From IMG/VR virus record IMGVR_UViG_3300025018_000098, positions 64,001 to 128,000 of that record: a DNA stretch of 64,000 nt. One strand, written 5' to 3'. Of the stretch, positions 55,078 to 63,531 are shown piece by piece. The notes under the pieces are model-generated. The model saw nothing but the letters and a program-made list of their open reading frames with translations. It was not told where the DNA came from and did no database searches. Numbering within the stretch: position 1 is the first letter of the stretch; every line of letters starts with the position of its first letter. Origin of the DNA: a virus. The translations under genes were made by a program, and so were the position numbers.

Positions 55078-55271
55078 CCGTTCTCCTCCAGCTCCTTGTC
55101 CGAGAGGGTGAAGAAGGTGAGAGTGCTTGGTACACGCTCCACGAGGATTGCTCCAGGGCTTGCGTCGTAATCAGGCTCGAGAGTGGCCGTGAGCTTGAGC
55201 TTCCTCTTGCATCGGCCCGAGCTTGGGGTCCCGGCACACTGGAACTTGACCTTGAATGTTACGGTGTTCAT
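55014..55271 (-). CDS. Small Cys-rich protein
   Basis: MNTVTFKVKFQC...C...GW...WVCPNC, with ATGA coupling. Confidence 0.5.
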   Translation of the reverse strand: MNTVTFKVKFQCAGTPSSGRCKRKLKLTATLEPDYDASPGAILVERVPSTLTFFTLSDKELEENGWKYSSTRYGWVCPNCNKERL

Positions 55272-55810
55272 CGAACCACCACTTCCGTCATTATTTCCCA
55301 CGCTGGGTTTAAGGGCTCCGGGACTCTGTCCCCAGGCAAGTACAAGGGGTGCCCAGGGAATCCCTCCTTGGTCGCGCCCAACGTTTCGACCGGGAGGACA
55401 TCTGACGCATCCTTGATCATACGGAAGACATTGTCCGCACGGTTTATGCCTCTGCACACCTTTGCGGCATTGGAACCCCATCCGCAGATGACTCGGTCAC
55501 AGTCGTCCAGAGCTGCCTTGATGAACGCGTCTGCTCTCGGCCCGACCACGTCTATGTCCTTGTACGATGCCTTGATGAGGTCCTTAGGGCATGTGGCCCG
55601 CCAAGCAAAGAGGTTGACTACCTTCAGTCGATCATACCCCCACAGCTTCGAGTACTTTGTGATCTTGCGGATGGTGGCGTCGTCTTCCTCCCCATCCGCC
55701 GTGCTGGGGTTCAGCATGATCCACAGGATCCCAGTACCATAGACGTCTCCCCACTCTCAGCTGAGCTCATACCGGTACTGACCTTCGATGTACGCAGACT
55801 TCTGCGTCAC
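55268..55810 (-). pseudogene. DUF1643 family protein with an in-frame TGA
   Basis: YRYELS*EW...IMLNPSTAD..DDATIR..WGY..VVNLFAWRAT.P...CGWG...PGHPLY. The TGA at 55757-55759 sits where the family usually has Arg. Confidence 0.7.
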
Positions 55811-56094
55811 GACTCCGCCGCCTTGTCTGCCCAGTACTTCTGCTCGGCAGCGTTCATGGCCTCGATGAGGATGCCCAGGGGCGTCTCAGACTGGGCTGCT
55901 CCGTACAGGAAGGCGACTGCCCTCCCGAGGTCATGGCCCATGCTGATGGAGGCCTCTCGGCTGTTGAAGTGCTTGCCCTTGATGTGTGCGATCACGACCT
56001 TGCCCGCACGTAGGAGGGTCTCATTGCCTCCGTCCTTGACGTCCATGCCGATCTTGCGTGTCCAGCTCGTGATGTTGTGCGACCACGGTGTCAT
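55807..56094 (-). CDS. Hypothetical protein
   Basis: ATGA coupling. Confidence 0.55.
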   Translation of the reverse strand: MTPWSHNITSWTRKIGMDVKDGGNETLLRAGKVVIAHIKGKHFNSREASISMGHDLGRAVAFLYGAAQSETPLGILIEAMNAAEQKYWADKAAES

Positions 56095-56603
56095 GACTTC
56101 TCTCCTTCCTGCATCTGCCTCTCGGCCCGCTCGGTGCGTTGCTGCTGCAGATTCTTCAGGACGTCCTCGTCCCACGTGTTGATGGTGTACCAGCCTTCAG
56201 CGGTCACGAGACAGGCCCCGCCGCCGAAGACATCCGGCACAGCGGACCCGGCACCCTGGGACCAGGTGAAGAGGATCGTACGCTCTGGGTTGTTCTCCCG
56301 GAGGAACACGGACAACCATGAGGCCGTCGATGCGATCTCTCCTTCTTGGGTCTGACTCGGGTCTGCATAGAGATGCACGGCCCCGTCCTCGAGGCGCATC
56401 TCAGGCACCCAGAGGTAGCAGCTGTCCTTGTGGAAGTTCTTCTCGATGAGCTCCGTCTGACGCCCCTCGATGATGCCCGTGTCCTCCGACGTGCTGATCA
56501 GTTCGATCAGCTCTCCCAGCTCTTCGTAGGAGGTCTTCAACCACCTCCGCTCTTTCGGTGTCAGTTCCAGGATGAATGAGAAGTGTGTGTAGTACTCTTG
56601 CAT
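56091..56603 (-). CDS. Hypothetical protein
   Basis: Start MQEYYTHFSF follows a class E motif. C-terminal FTWS...FGGGACLVTA. Confidence 0.6.
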   Translation of the reverse strand: MQEYYTHFSFILELTPKERRWLKTSYEELGELIELISTSEDTGIIEGRQTELIEKNFHKDSCYLWVPEMRLEDGAVHLYADPSQTQEGEIASTASWLSVFLRENNPERTILFTWSQGAGSAVPDVFGGGACLVTAEGWYTINTWDEDVLKNLQQQRTERAERQMQEGEKS

Positions 56604-56609
56604 ATGCTC

Positions 56610-56629
56610 CCTTTCACACTGCTTATAGG
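56610..56629 (-). promoter_or_regulatory. Class E motif CCTATAAGCAGTGTGAAAGG
   Basis: After a terminator and before ATG 56603. Confidence 0.75.
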
Positions 56630-56657
56630 AAAAGAGAAGACCATCTTGGTCCTCTCT
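56630..56657 (-). terminator. Intrinsic terminator
   Basis: GAGAGGACCA-AGA-TGGTCTTCTC-TTTT. Confidence 0.7.
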
Positions 56658-56664
56658 CCAGGCG

Positions 56665-56910
56665 TCACTTCCGCCTGTTCTTCTGTTTGCTGCGTCGAGC
56701 CGTCTTGGAGCGGCTCTTCTGCTTGGGGGTCTTGTATTGCTTCTGCTCAGTAGGCCCGTCGAGTACAGCAAGTGCTCTTGCTACATCCAGTTTAGGCTTC
56801 GAGCGCACACCACCTCGCGATATCTCACGATCAAGCAGACGCTGCGCAGCGAGCCGGATCTCGAGCTCGCTATAATCCCTGTTCAACAGGCTGTCTTCGG
56901 GCTCAGTCAC
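56665..56910 (-). CDS. Small basic protein
   Basis: GTG start and a Lys/Arg-rich tail. Confidence 0.5.
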   Translation of the reverse strand: MTEPEDSLLNRDYSELEIRLAAQRLLDREISRGGVRSKPKLDVARALAVLDGPTEQKQYKTPKQKSRSKTARRSKQKNRRK

Positions 56911-57271
56911 TGGGCACCTGAAGCCCATGGTCCTGCGCCACGTCCACAAGTAGCTCCCGGAACACGTCTCCACGCCTAGATAGCGCGCAGATGTCGTGCG
57001 CCTGTTGGAGTTCGTACAGCAGGTTTTCGTGGTCCTCGCACCCAGGCTCGAGTGCCCCAAGTAACTCATCTGTGTGCTCTCCAAGGCCAACTCCCTCAAA
57101 GAGTGGGTCGTAGTTGTCGTCAGAGATGAAGAGGCCAACGGCACACCTGACCCGAACCCCATTGTGTGTCCCCACGCCCCGGTAGGCGCACTTCCGCCCG
57201 TTCAAGCTGAATGGGGCCCCACCCACGATGAAGTGTTGCCACACCCTGTCGAAGATCTCTTGTTCGGTCAT
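56903..57271 (-). CDS. Paralog family copy 2 (intact, 122 aa)
   Basis: MTEQEIFDRVWQHFIV...CAYRG...CAVGLFISDDNYDP...LQQAHD. Confidence 0.7.
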   Translation of the reverse strand: MTEQEIFDRVWQHFIVGGAPFSLNGRKCAYRGVGTHNGVRVRCAVGLFISDDNYDPLFEGVGLGEHTDELLGALEPGCEDHENLLYELQQAHDICALSRRGDVFRELLVDVAQDHGLQVPSD

Positions 57272-57471
57272 CGCTTGTCCTCTCGAGCCATAAGGCCCTC
57301 CGACACGTAGATCCCCACCTCTTTGGTGACGTCCCCGTGCAGTGGGCATTGCTTCTGTTCTGCTCGCCCCACGAAGTGGGTGCATCGCCCTGCTGCCTTG
57401 CCGTCTCCCGTCACCGTGATGATAGGGCAGTTGTTCGGCATCCAGGGCTTTGGCCTATCCAGTTTGTTCAT
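57268..57471 (-). CDS. Small Cys/His protein
   Basis: First gene after a class E motif. C...C...CPLHG. Confidence 0.55.
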   Translation of the reverse strand: MNKLDRPKPWMPNNCPIITVTGDGKAAGRCTHFVGRAEQKQCPLHGDVTKEVGIYVSEGLMAREDKR

Positions 57472-57480
57472 ACTACTTCT

Positions 57481-57499
57481 CCTTCACCTTGCTTATAGC
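57481..57499 (-). promoter_or_regulatory. Class E motif GCTATAAGCAAGGTGAAGG
   Basis: After a terminator and before ATG 57471. Confidence 0.75.
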
Positions 57500-57529
57500 A
57501 AAGAGAAGACCATCTTTTGTGGCCTTCTC
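57500..57529 (-). terminator. Intrinsic terminator
   Basis: GAGAAGGCCA-CAAAAGA-TGGTCTTCTC-TTT. Confidence 0.65.
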
Positions 57530-57542
57530 CCGTCTCTACCGT

Positions 57543-57906
57543 CTACTGGGGGATTTGTAGATCCTCGTTCTTCGCGATCCTCTTGAGGCCCGCCTTTAGC
57601 TTCGAGTGACGCTCCCTCACAGAAGCATCATCGTGAGCTGTCTGGAGTACCGTGAGTAGCTCCACGTGGTCTCGAGCATCTGGCTCCACACAGGCGAGTA
57701 TCGCCGCACGGGCATCCTCGTACACCAGTGCGGTCTGCTCAATCTCCGGATCGTAGAGCTCATCTGAGATGAAGATCCCGATGGCACACCGAGACCCATC
57801 CGGGCATCGGTACCTGCACATCTCGTGCTCTCCGCTGTAGCTGAGTGGGGCGTTGTTCACGATGAAGTGATCCCCAGACCCGATTGAACACGTCTTGCTC
57901 GGTCAC
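57543..57906 (-). CDS. Paralog family copy 3 (frameshift at G4, 57872-57875)
   Basis: MTEQDVFNRVW[fs]DHFIVNNAP...CRYR...CAIGIFISDELYDP...LQTAHD. Confidence 0.6.
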
Positions 57907-58193
57907 GCCGTCTCCCCAATCGCCGAGGCTAGAGTGTCAATGTCGTCCTCGGTGAACAGGATTCGTGTCCCGTCCGGGAAGGTGATGGTGTACGTGTCGC
58001 TCAGCTCAGTGGCCCTGGAGCACTCCACGAGCACCTCCCGGAACGTTGCACACTCGCCCGGGAACAACTGGTTAGACGCCATCTCGACGATCCACTTGGC
58101 ATCCCGGTACTCCAGCTGGTGCTTGTTGTTGATCACCACTCGGGTGATGGTCTCCATGGTGTTGACACACTCGGTCTTGTTCTTGTCAGTCAT
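57903..58193 (-). CDS. Hypothetical protein
   Basis: ORF within the operon. Confidence 0.55.
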   Translation of the reverse strand: MTDKNKTECVNTMETITRVVINNKHQLEYRDAKWIVEMASNQLFPGECATFREVLVECSRATELSDTYTITFPDGTRILFTEDDIDTLASAIGETA

Positions 58194-58425
58194 CGATGTC
58201 TCCTTGTTCTTGTTTCAGTGTGATGATGAAGCAGTCCGACCGAAGTAGGGACTCCCTCTCACCTTCGTCATCGCGCACCCAGACACGTACCCCGCCATCG
58301 TCGGGGCCCTCCAGGGTGTACTTGCTGTACCCGTAGAAGTTCCTGCACCAGACAGTAGCGCCTGAGTGCTCCATGTCTTGGATCGGGCGGACCTGGACTC
58401 GCTTCAAGATGTCATGGTCGGTCAT
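58186..58425 (-). CDS. Hypothetical protein
   Basis: Likely start MTDHDILK. Confidence 0.5.
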   Translation of the reverse strand: MTDHDILKRVQVRPIQDMEHSGATVWCRNFYGYSKYTLEGPDDGGVRVWVRDDEGERESLLRSDCFIITLKQEQGDIDD

Positions 58426-59092
58426 GGACGATGGAACTCCCGAGGTAGGTGGGCGTGGCAAGCCACTCCGGATGGGCTTCAAGGACCTCAGCCAGGTTAC
58501 TGGTGGCGCGTCCTTCTTCGTCATCTGCCCAAGGTAGTTCGCTCGGATCCTCTACGAGGATGACGTCCCTCTCCGTGAAGGGGTCATCCTCGTAGACCTC
58601 CCACTCATGCATCTGGTTCATGGTCTCTACCGCCTGTTCCCAGGTTGCTGCAGTGACCCAGAAGAGCCCACCCCCGGCGTCGAGCTGCCACACTTGGAGT
58701 TGGACCACCTCTTCGTCCTCGAGGGTATCCGGCTGCTCACTGAGCAGGACCTTGAGCTCGCCGGGCTCCCAGTCCTCGCCACAGAAGGGACAGTAGTTGA
58801 TGAAGCAGTACTGATCCTTCCCCTTCCCGCCGCGGTAGGCGATGCCGTACAGGTACTCCTTGTGCTCACCCTTCTTGAACTCCTCCATGTTGACCCGGAG
58901 GACGGCGTGCAGACCCTTCCCAGTCCCGTTCGCAGGACCAAGCATCCGGGTCATCGTCGGGCAGGTGTGGTTCTCCCATGGGCGGCACCACTCCACCCTC
59001 CCCTTCTCGACTAACTTCTGGGCTAGCTCCTGTAGGCGTTCCATAGGCCCAATCATCTCCAAAGACTGATTCTTCTCGTTCGTTGACGTCAT
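58412..59092 (-). CDS. Hypothetical protein with an INYCPFCG motif
   Basis: First gene after a degenerate class E motif. Confidence 0.6.
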   Translation of the reverse strand: MTSTNEKNQSLEMIGPMERLQELAQKLVEKGRVEWCRPWENHTCPTMTRMLGPANGTGKGLHAVLRVNMEEFKKGEHKEYLYGIAYRGGKGKDQYCFINYCPFCGEDWEPGELKVLLSEQPDTLEDEEVVQLQVWQLDAGGGLFWVTAATWEQAVETMNQMHEWEVYEDDPFTERDVILVEDPSELPWADDEEGRATSNLAEVLEAHPEWLATPTYLGSSIVHDRP

Positions 59093-59100
59093 GTGCGTCT

Positions 59101-59120
59101 CCTTCTACCTCACTGATAGC
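59101..59120 (-). promoter_or_regulatory. Degenerate class E motif GCTATCAGTGAGGTAGAAGG
   Basis: After a T-tract and before ATG 59092. Confidence 0.55.
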
Positions 59121-59177
59121 CAAAAAAGAAGGAATACTCACGCTGGAGCACCCCTTCTAGTTCACCATCCGCTCAGC

Positions 59178-59534
59178 TCAGAACGGGATGTCGCCATCGG
59201 AACCTCCTTTGTCTGGGTATCTCTCCTCGAGGTACTCGTAAGAAGCCTTCGCCTTCAGGTAGCCATACACTCGGAATGGGGCTCGCAGGAAGGCGAACGG
59301 GACGAAGAGTGTCACCCAGATCCCTCCTACGAGTAAACAGAGAGCGCCCTCAACGATCTTGTTGGCATAGTTCACCCAGGACAACGCCTCCTCCAATAGG
59401 TCTGTGTCCCCGCTACGGTTGAGGATATCCGTCCAGTGTGGCTTCGCCCACCACCCAACTTTGCGTAGCTCCTCCACGTACGTCTTGAGCTCATACTCAG
59501 TCAGGTGATCTAGGTGCTTGGGCTTGGCCTTCAC
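59178..59534 (-). CDS. Membrane protein with one TM helix
   Basis: ALCLLVGGIWVTLFVPFAFL. Confidence 0.55.
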   Translation of the reverse strand: MKAKPKHLDHLTEYELKTYVEELRKVGWWAKPHWTDILNRSGDTDLLEEALSWVNYANKIVEGALCLLVGGIWVTLFVPFAFLRAPFRVYGYLKAKASYEYLEERYPDKGGSDGDIPF

Positions 59535-59796
59535 AGGTTGTGCTCCGCCACTAGACATACAACCTCGATCTCGACACCGAAGGGGAGCTTAGCCAGCCGC
59601 CGAGCCTCCGATGCGTTGGCGCGCTCATCGTGGAACGTGGCCTGTGACATGGCTGCCACAGGCGTAGTGGGGTGTTGGTATAATCCCCATCAGGCGGAAC
59701 AGTCGTGTGTAGGTAGTCACCAACCTCCCACTCAGGGAGATCTACGCGTGTCGAGCTAAACACTCGAAGCACATACATGCAGTCACGGTCATCCAC
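59531..59796 (-). CDS. Hypothetical protein, possibly frameshifted near 59669-59672
   Basis: The alternative frame PTTPVAAMSQATFH...VAEHNL* ends in a GTGA overlap with the next gene. Confidence 0.4.
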
Positions 59797-60106
59797 CCAA
59801 CGTCTCCTCGTTGCTACACACGTCGATCAAGGCCAGGGCCAGCAGGGTGTTGAAGTCCGAGCCTGTGTAGCGCCTGCTACCCATGTCGTTGTCGATCCTG
59901 ACGCTGAAGAGGTCATCGTCGTTCCTGAAGAAGATCCCCGGGTACCCGCACTCAACCAGCTGCTTGATGAAGTACCCAGTGAAGGACTTGTGCGTAAGGT
60001 CGGGAACCACCCGCTTGTTCTGCGTGAGGCATGGCATCCCAGGCTCCCACTCCCAACCAGGGCAGTCGATCAACTGTTCCGCCACACTTCGCTGTTCCAT
60101 GTTCAT
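59789..60106 (-). CDS. Hypothetical protein
   Basis: CPGWEWEPGM...PDLT. Confidence 0.55.
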   Translation of the reverse strand: MNMEQRSVAEQLIDCPGWEWEPGMPCLTQNKRVVPDLTHKSFTGYFIKQLVECGYPGIFFRNDDDLFSVRIDNDMGSRRYTGSDFNTLLALALIDVCSNEETLGG

Positions 60107-60408
60107 CCTTGTTTCGCCTTCTCGCGCACTTCTGCACGTAGTTTGTATAGTCGGTAGAGGTCGCCCGGGCGGATGGTTGGGGGCACCTTCTCGATGCTGT
60201 CCCGAACCTCTCGTGTGAGCCCAAGCCAGGGCCTGTCCATGAAGTCACGAATATAGTCCGCTCGAGTGTCGTCCCCGTGGAAGTCGAGAGCCTCCATCAG
60301 GTACATGAGGGCGAGGAAGATATCCACCTCCGCCTCGTGATGGGACAGCATCGGCTCCTCTTCGATGATCTGTCCCTTGCTGCTTATGCCGATGACGGGT
60401 GCGCCCAT
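60103..60408 (-). CDS. Hypothetical protein
   Basis: ORF within the operon. Confidence 0.55.
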   Translation of the reverse strand: MGAPVIGISSKGQIIEEEPMLSHHEAEVDIFLALMYLMEALDFHGDDTRADYIRDFMDRPWLGLTREVRDSIEKVPPTIRPGDLYRLYKLRAEVREKAKQG

Positions 60409-60417
60409 TTGTCGAAG

Positions 60418-60834
60418 TCACTCCACAGCCTTGTGGATCCCCCGCCCAGCCGCCTCAGTGGTGGCTCGAGCGAAGTCGGAGGGTAGGCGGTGCGCCTCCA
60501 GCATGTGCTTCGAGCAGATGTCGAACCATTGGGTCTCGCCCTCCCCAAGCACACCGATGACACAGTGGGATGCGGATCTGGGTGACCTGTCCGGACCTCC
60601 GATGGTCAAGGTCACAACGAGGTACTTCTGTGCAAAGGCCTCTGCAGCGTGTGCCGCGGTCGGCGCCTCAATGGTCTCTGGGCCGGAACCCTTCCGCCAG
60701 ACTTCCCAAGTGGGACCCTTGGGGGGCTTGGGCTTGGGTTGCGGGCACAGGACCTCGTACGTGCACTGGAGATAGCCCTCCATACGCACGATCTCGTCAT
60801 ATTGTTCTTGTAGTGTTCGGTCGACGTTCATCAT
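60418..60834 (-). CDS. Hypothetical protein
   Basis: ORF within the operon. Confidence 0.55.
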   Translation of the reverse strand: MMNVDRTLQEQYDEIVRMEGYLQCTYEVLCPQPKPKPPKGPTWEVWRKGSGPETIEAPTAAHAAEAFAQKYLVVTLTIGGPDRSPRSASHCVIGVLGEGETQWFDICSKHMLEAHRLPSDFARATTEAAGRGIHKAVE

Positions 60835-61205
60835 TCTTCACCTTCTTTCTCGTTGATTGTGACCACAACGCAGTCCGCGGCCCAGGCGTCTGTCCCATCC
60901 TTGAACAACAAGAGCGGTGTGTGCTCCGAGGGATAGTCGATCCCAGTAAGGACCCGGCAATCCACCCGGGACCCAATCAGCACCCAGACACGCGTACCTA
61001 TCGGCTCACCCGGCCGAGGCCGCCGCACGTGAACACCGAGGTTGGGCTCGGGCACCCCCGGAATCAGGGCAAGGGCTTCCTGAAAACAGTTCTTGCAGAA
61101 CCACCGTGAGCCGTCTCCCGAGTACTCCATCATGATGACAGTAGGTAGGCCCTTGGCGCCGCACTCATCACACGTGTACCCCAAGTCGGCACTACATAGA
61201 CGCAT
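60831..61205 (-). CDS. Zn-finger hypothetical protein
   Basis: CDEC and FCKNC. Confidence 0.55.
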   Translation of the reverse strand: MRLCSADLGYTCDECGAKGLPTVIMMEYSGDGSRWFCKNCFQEALALIPGVPEPNLGVHVRRPRPGEPIGTRVWVLIGSRVDCRVLTGIDYPSEHTPLLLFKDGTDAWAADCVVVTINEKEGEE

Positions 61206-61440
61206 CGGGCTGTTCCTCCTGGATGGCCGCCCGCTGATCTCCGTCCCAGGCCAAGGTAAGGCGCTCATTGCATGCTGCAGCGAAGGTCGCCCAGTCATCC
61301 TCCCGGTCTGGAAAGCGGCCGGCGCAGAAGCCCAGGGCCATATCGAAGGTGTCGAGGATGGCGGCACAGTCCACCTCAGCTACCCACCTACTGAACTCAA
61401 GGAAGAGATCCTCGAGATCCTTACTCATCTTGGTTGTCAT
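61192..61440 (-). CDS. Hypothetical protein
   Basis: Coupled ORF. Confidence 0.5.
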   Translation of the reverse strand: MTTKMSKDLEDLFLEFSRWVAEVDCAAILDTFDMALGFCAGRFPDREDDWATFAAACNERLTLAWDGDQRAAIQEEQPDASM

Positions 61441-62000
61441 ATGCAGTCCTCCAGCTCTGTGATGTGGTCCTCTGTGAGCATCCAGGAGTTGCCTTCGTAC
61501 TGGAAGATGTACTGCTGCCCTCGGTAGCCCTCGTCGTCCTCCTGGAGAGGAGCCTGCTCGCAGGTGATCCTCATCCCATTATACATGCTTCTCTCCCCTG
61601 GAGACATCCTGCATGCCATGTCAACTAGCCAACGGATCTGTGCCCTGTCGAAGACCACGTTGTCAATCTCTACGCGGGTGACCGCATCGATGGTGATGTA
61701 GGCGGGCTCGGGCTCTTCTGCCATTGCAACCGCCGCCGTGCCTAGATCCGTTGGCTTGACCTCTTCCTCCGTACCTGCGAACTGGAAGGTCTCTCGGTAC
61801 TGTGCCATCGCTACCTCCACCGAGTACTTGTGCGGACTCCCCTCAGCGGGGGACACCCCGAGGAACGTGACAAGGATGTTGCCTCGTTGGACGGTGTCGC
61901 CCGAGTTCTTGAGCGTGCCCACTATCAGGCGCACCCAGAGCCACTCTCGGTCAGTGAGTGGTCGTCCTACTACGTCGAACTTGTTGATGATCTGTCCCAT
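61437..62000 (-). CDS. Hypothetical protein
   Basis: Start MGQIINKF follows a class E motif. Confidence 0.6.
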   Translation of the reverse strand: MGQIINKFDVVGRPLTDREWLWVRLIVGTLKNSGDTVQRGNILVTFLGVSPAEGSPHKYSVEVAMAQYRETFQFAGTEEEVKPTDLGTAAVAMAEEPEPAYITIDAVTRVEIDNVVFDRAQIRWLVDMACRMSPGERSMYNGMRITCEQAPLQEDDEGYRGQQYIFQYEGNSWMLTEDHITELEDCI

Positions 62001-62007
62001 ATTCTTC

Positions 62008-62027
62008 CCTTTCACCTTGCTTATAGG
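62008..62027 (-). promoter_or_regulatory. Class E motif CCTATAAGCAAGGTGAAAGG
   Basis: After a terminator and before ATG 62000. Confidence 0.75.
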
Positions 62028-62030
62028 CCA

Positions 62031-62056
62031 AAGAAGGTCCCTCTCAGGACCTTCTT
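62031..62056 (-). terminator. Hairpin terminator
   Basis: AAGAAGGTCC-TGAGAG-GGACCTTCTT. Confidence 0.7.
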
Positions 62057-62078
62057 CTACTCAGCACTAGCTCGCTGG

Positions 62079-62489
62079 CTATACCAGTCGGAGCTTACCC
62101 TTGGGCTTCTTGGGCCCAGAGAGCTTCTGCGTGGTCTCTGCCTGCGTCGGGGTAGGCCTCTCCTCCCCTCTGGTGGTGCCGACAGCACCCATCTTGCTGA
62201 AGGACATCACGTCATCCATGTCTGGTCCATAGATGATGGCAGCAAGTGCCGGCCATGGGATGTAGCAGCTGAAGGATCGCATGTTGAACGAGAGCACTGC
62301 CTCGATCCCCTCCTCATGCATCTCGACCTTTGGCGGTCGCGCTAGGCCCTCGCCTAAAGAAAGCCGTACGAAGTCCTGCGACATCAAGTCCTCAGGTAGT
62401 TGTACGCCCGGTGTCTGCGGACGCACCATGACGTCATACAAGAGCTCGTTTTCTGCGACCATCTCTGCAGCTGCCCACACGTAGTTCAT
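62079..62489 (-). CDS. sspB: SspB-like ClpXP adaptor (stringent starvation protein B family)
   Basis: PGVQLPE...GIEAVLSFN...CYIPWPALAAI core, a flexible linker, and a C-terminal KLRLV resembling the ClpX-binding tail. Confidence 0.75.
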   Translation of the reverse strand: MNYVWAAAEMVAENELLYDVMVRPQTPGVQLPEDLMSQDFVRLSLGEGLARPPKVEMHEEGIEAVLSFNMRSFSCYIPWPALAAIIYGPDMDDVMSFSKMGAVGTTRGEERPTPTQAETTQKLSGPKKPKGKLRLV

Positions 62490-63328
62490 TCTTCCTCCAA
62501 ACCACCCGAGGGTGCTCGTGCCTCTACCTTGATGTCCCCTACTCGGCAGTGGTACCGGTCCCCAATGGTTGAGGTCAGGAAGACGGTGTCTTCATGCCCT
62601 GCCTCGATCCACGCCACTATGAAGCTGTGGGCAGCTTGGGGCGGGGACTGAGTCGCTGGCCACCCTATCTGATCCCCAGTCATCACCATGCAAGGGCCCA
62701 TAGCGCTCATCCAGTGCACGTAGTTACCAAGCCGACCTTGCATGGGCACGATCTTCGGAGGCTCCCCCAACTCCTGTGCGATGCGGTCCTTGTATTCCTT
62801 TTGGAACTCCTCATCAGTCATGTGGACTGACTCAGCCTTGTGTATCTCCACGCTCTTCGACTTGGGGAATGGGGCTCGGAAATCGGGGTGCCTGACCTCC
62901 TTGAAGGGGACCTCGAGTGGAGAAGGTGGCTCTCTCTTGTCTTGGTGACGCTGCTCGTTGAGGTTCATGAGGTGGTGGACACTCATGTGCGGGCTGTACA
63001 CCTGCACACCGAGGTAGCGGAAGTGCTCACCCAGCCGGTGCTCCAGCGAGGTGCGGACAGCCTTGTAAGCCGTGCGAATGATCTCCGTGTCTGTGGAGTA
63101 CGGGCTCAGGTACCACTTGCGTGCCTTCTGCAGCACAGGTCGGCCTGGGTCCCCGGGGACACCCCCGTTCACGTCTGACTCGTAGTACGTGAACTGGAGC
63201 AAGAAGCCGTCGCCCTTCTCCAACAGGAGGAACTTGGGACGGTCATACAGGACCCTGCCGAGATCGATACGCTCGAGCTCGGCCATGATGTCAGCTCGGG
63301 TCTTCCGCTCTTGCTTAGCCATGCTCAC
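62486..63328 (-). CDS. Conserved phage hypothetical protein
   Basis: RKWYLSPY.T.TEI..TAYKA....EH...EHFRY.G..VYSPH. Confidence 0.6.
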   Translation of the reverse strand: MSMAKQERKTRADIMAELERIDLGRVLYDRPKFLLLEKGDGFLLQFTYYESDVNGGVPGDPGRPVLQKARKWYLSPYSTDTEIIRTAYKAVRTSLEHRLGEHFRYLGVQVYSPHMSVHHLMNLNEQRHQDKREPPSPLEVPFKEVRHPDFRAPFPKSKSVEIHKAESVHMTDEEFQKEYKDRIAQELGEPPKIVPMQGRLGNYVHWMSAMGPCMVMTGDQIGWPATQSPPQAAHSFIVAWIEAGHEDTVFLTSTIGDRYHCRVGDIKVEARAPSGGLEEE

Positions 63329-63524
63329 CTCCGCAGTCGATCATCCGTGCACCTAGCTGCTCCATGATCGAATCGATCGTGCGTACCCTGTCTTCCACAC
63401 GCATACGCACGGTGTGTCCCTCCCTCAGGAACAAGTGAAGGATGTGCGGGTTCTCCCCGTCCGGCCGGATGTGGACGTTCTGCCCAGCATCCAAGATGTC
63501 GTCGTATATTCGAGTGAATCCCAT
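63315..63524 (-). CDS. Hypothetical protein
   Basis: GAGG SD. Confidence 0.5.
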   Translation of the reverse strand: MGFTRIYDDILDAGQNVHIRPDGENPHILHLFLREGHTVRMRVEDRVRTIDSIMEQLGARMIDCGGEHG

Positions 63525-63531
63525 GTCTACC

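Noticed and set aside
55757-55759. Genome-wide stop-codon reassignment or selenocysteine
   Set aside because: This is a single case at an Arg position, and TGA terminates many coupled genes normally.
56860-56900. LLNRDYSELEIRLAA resembles family A DNA polymerase motif A
   Set aside because: It lies in an 81-aa ORF with no other polymerase motifs, so it is either chance or a tiny remnant.
52462-62056. Class E repeats as a CRISPR array or attC-type integron sites
   Set aside because: Spacing is irregular and kb-scale with whole operons between copies. The core is non-palindromic, and no cas or integrase gene is in the window.
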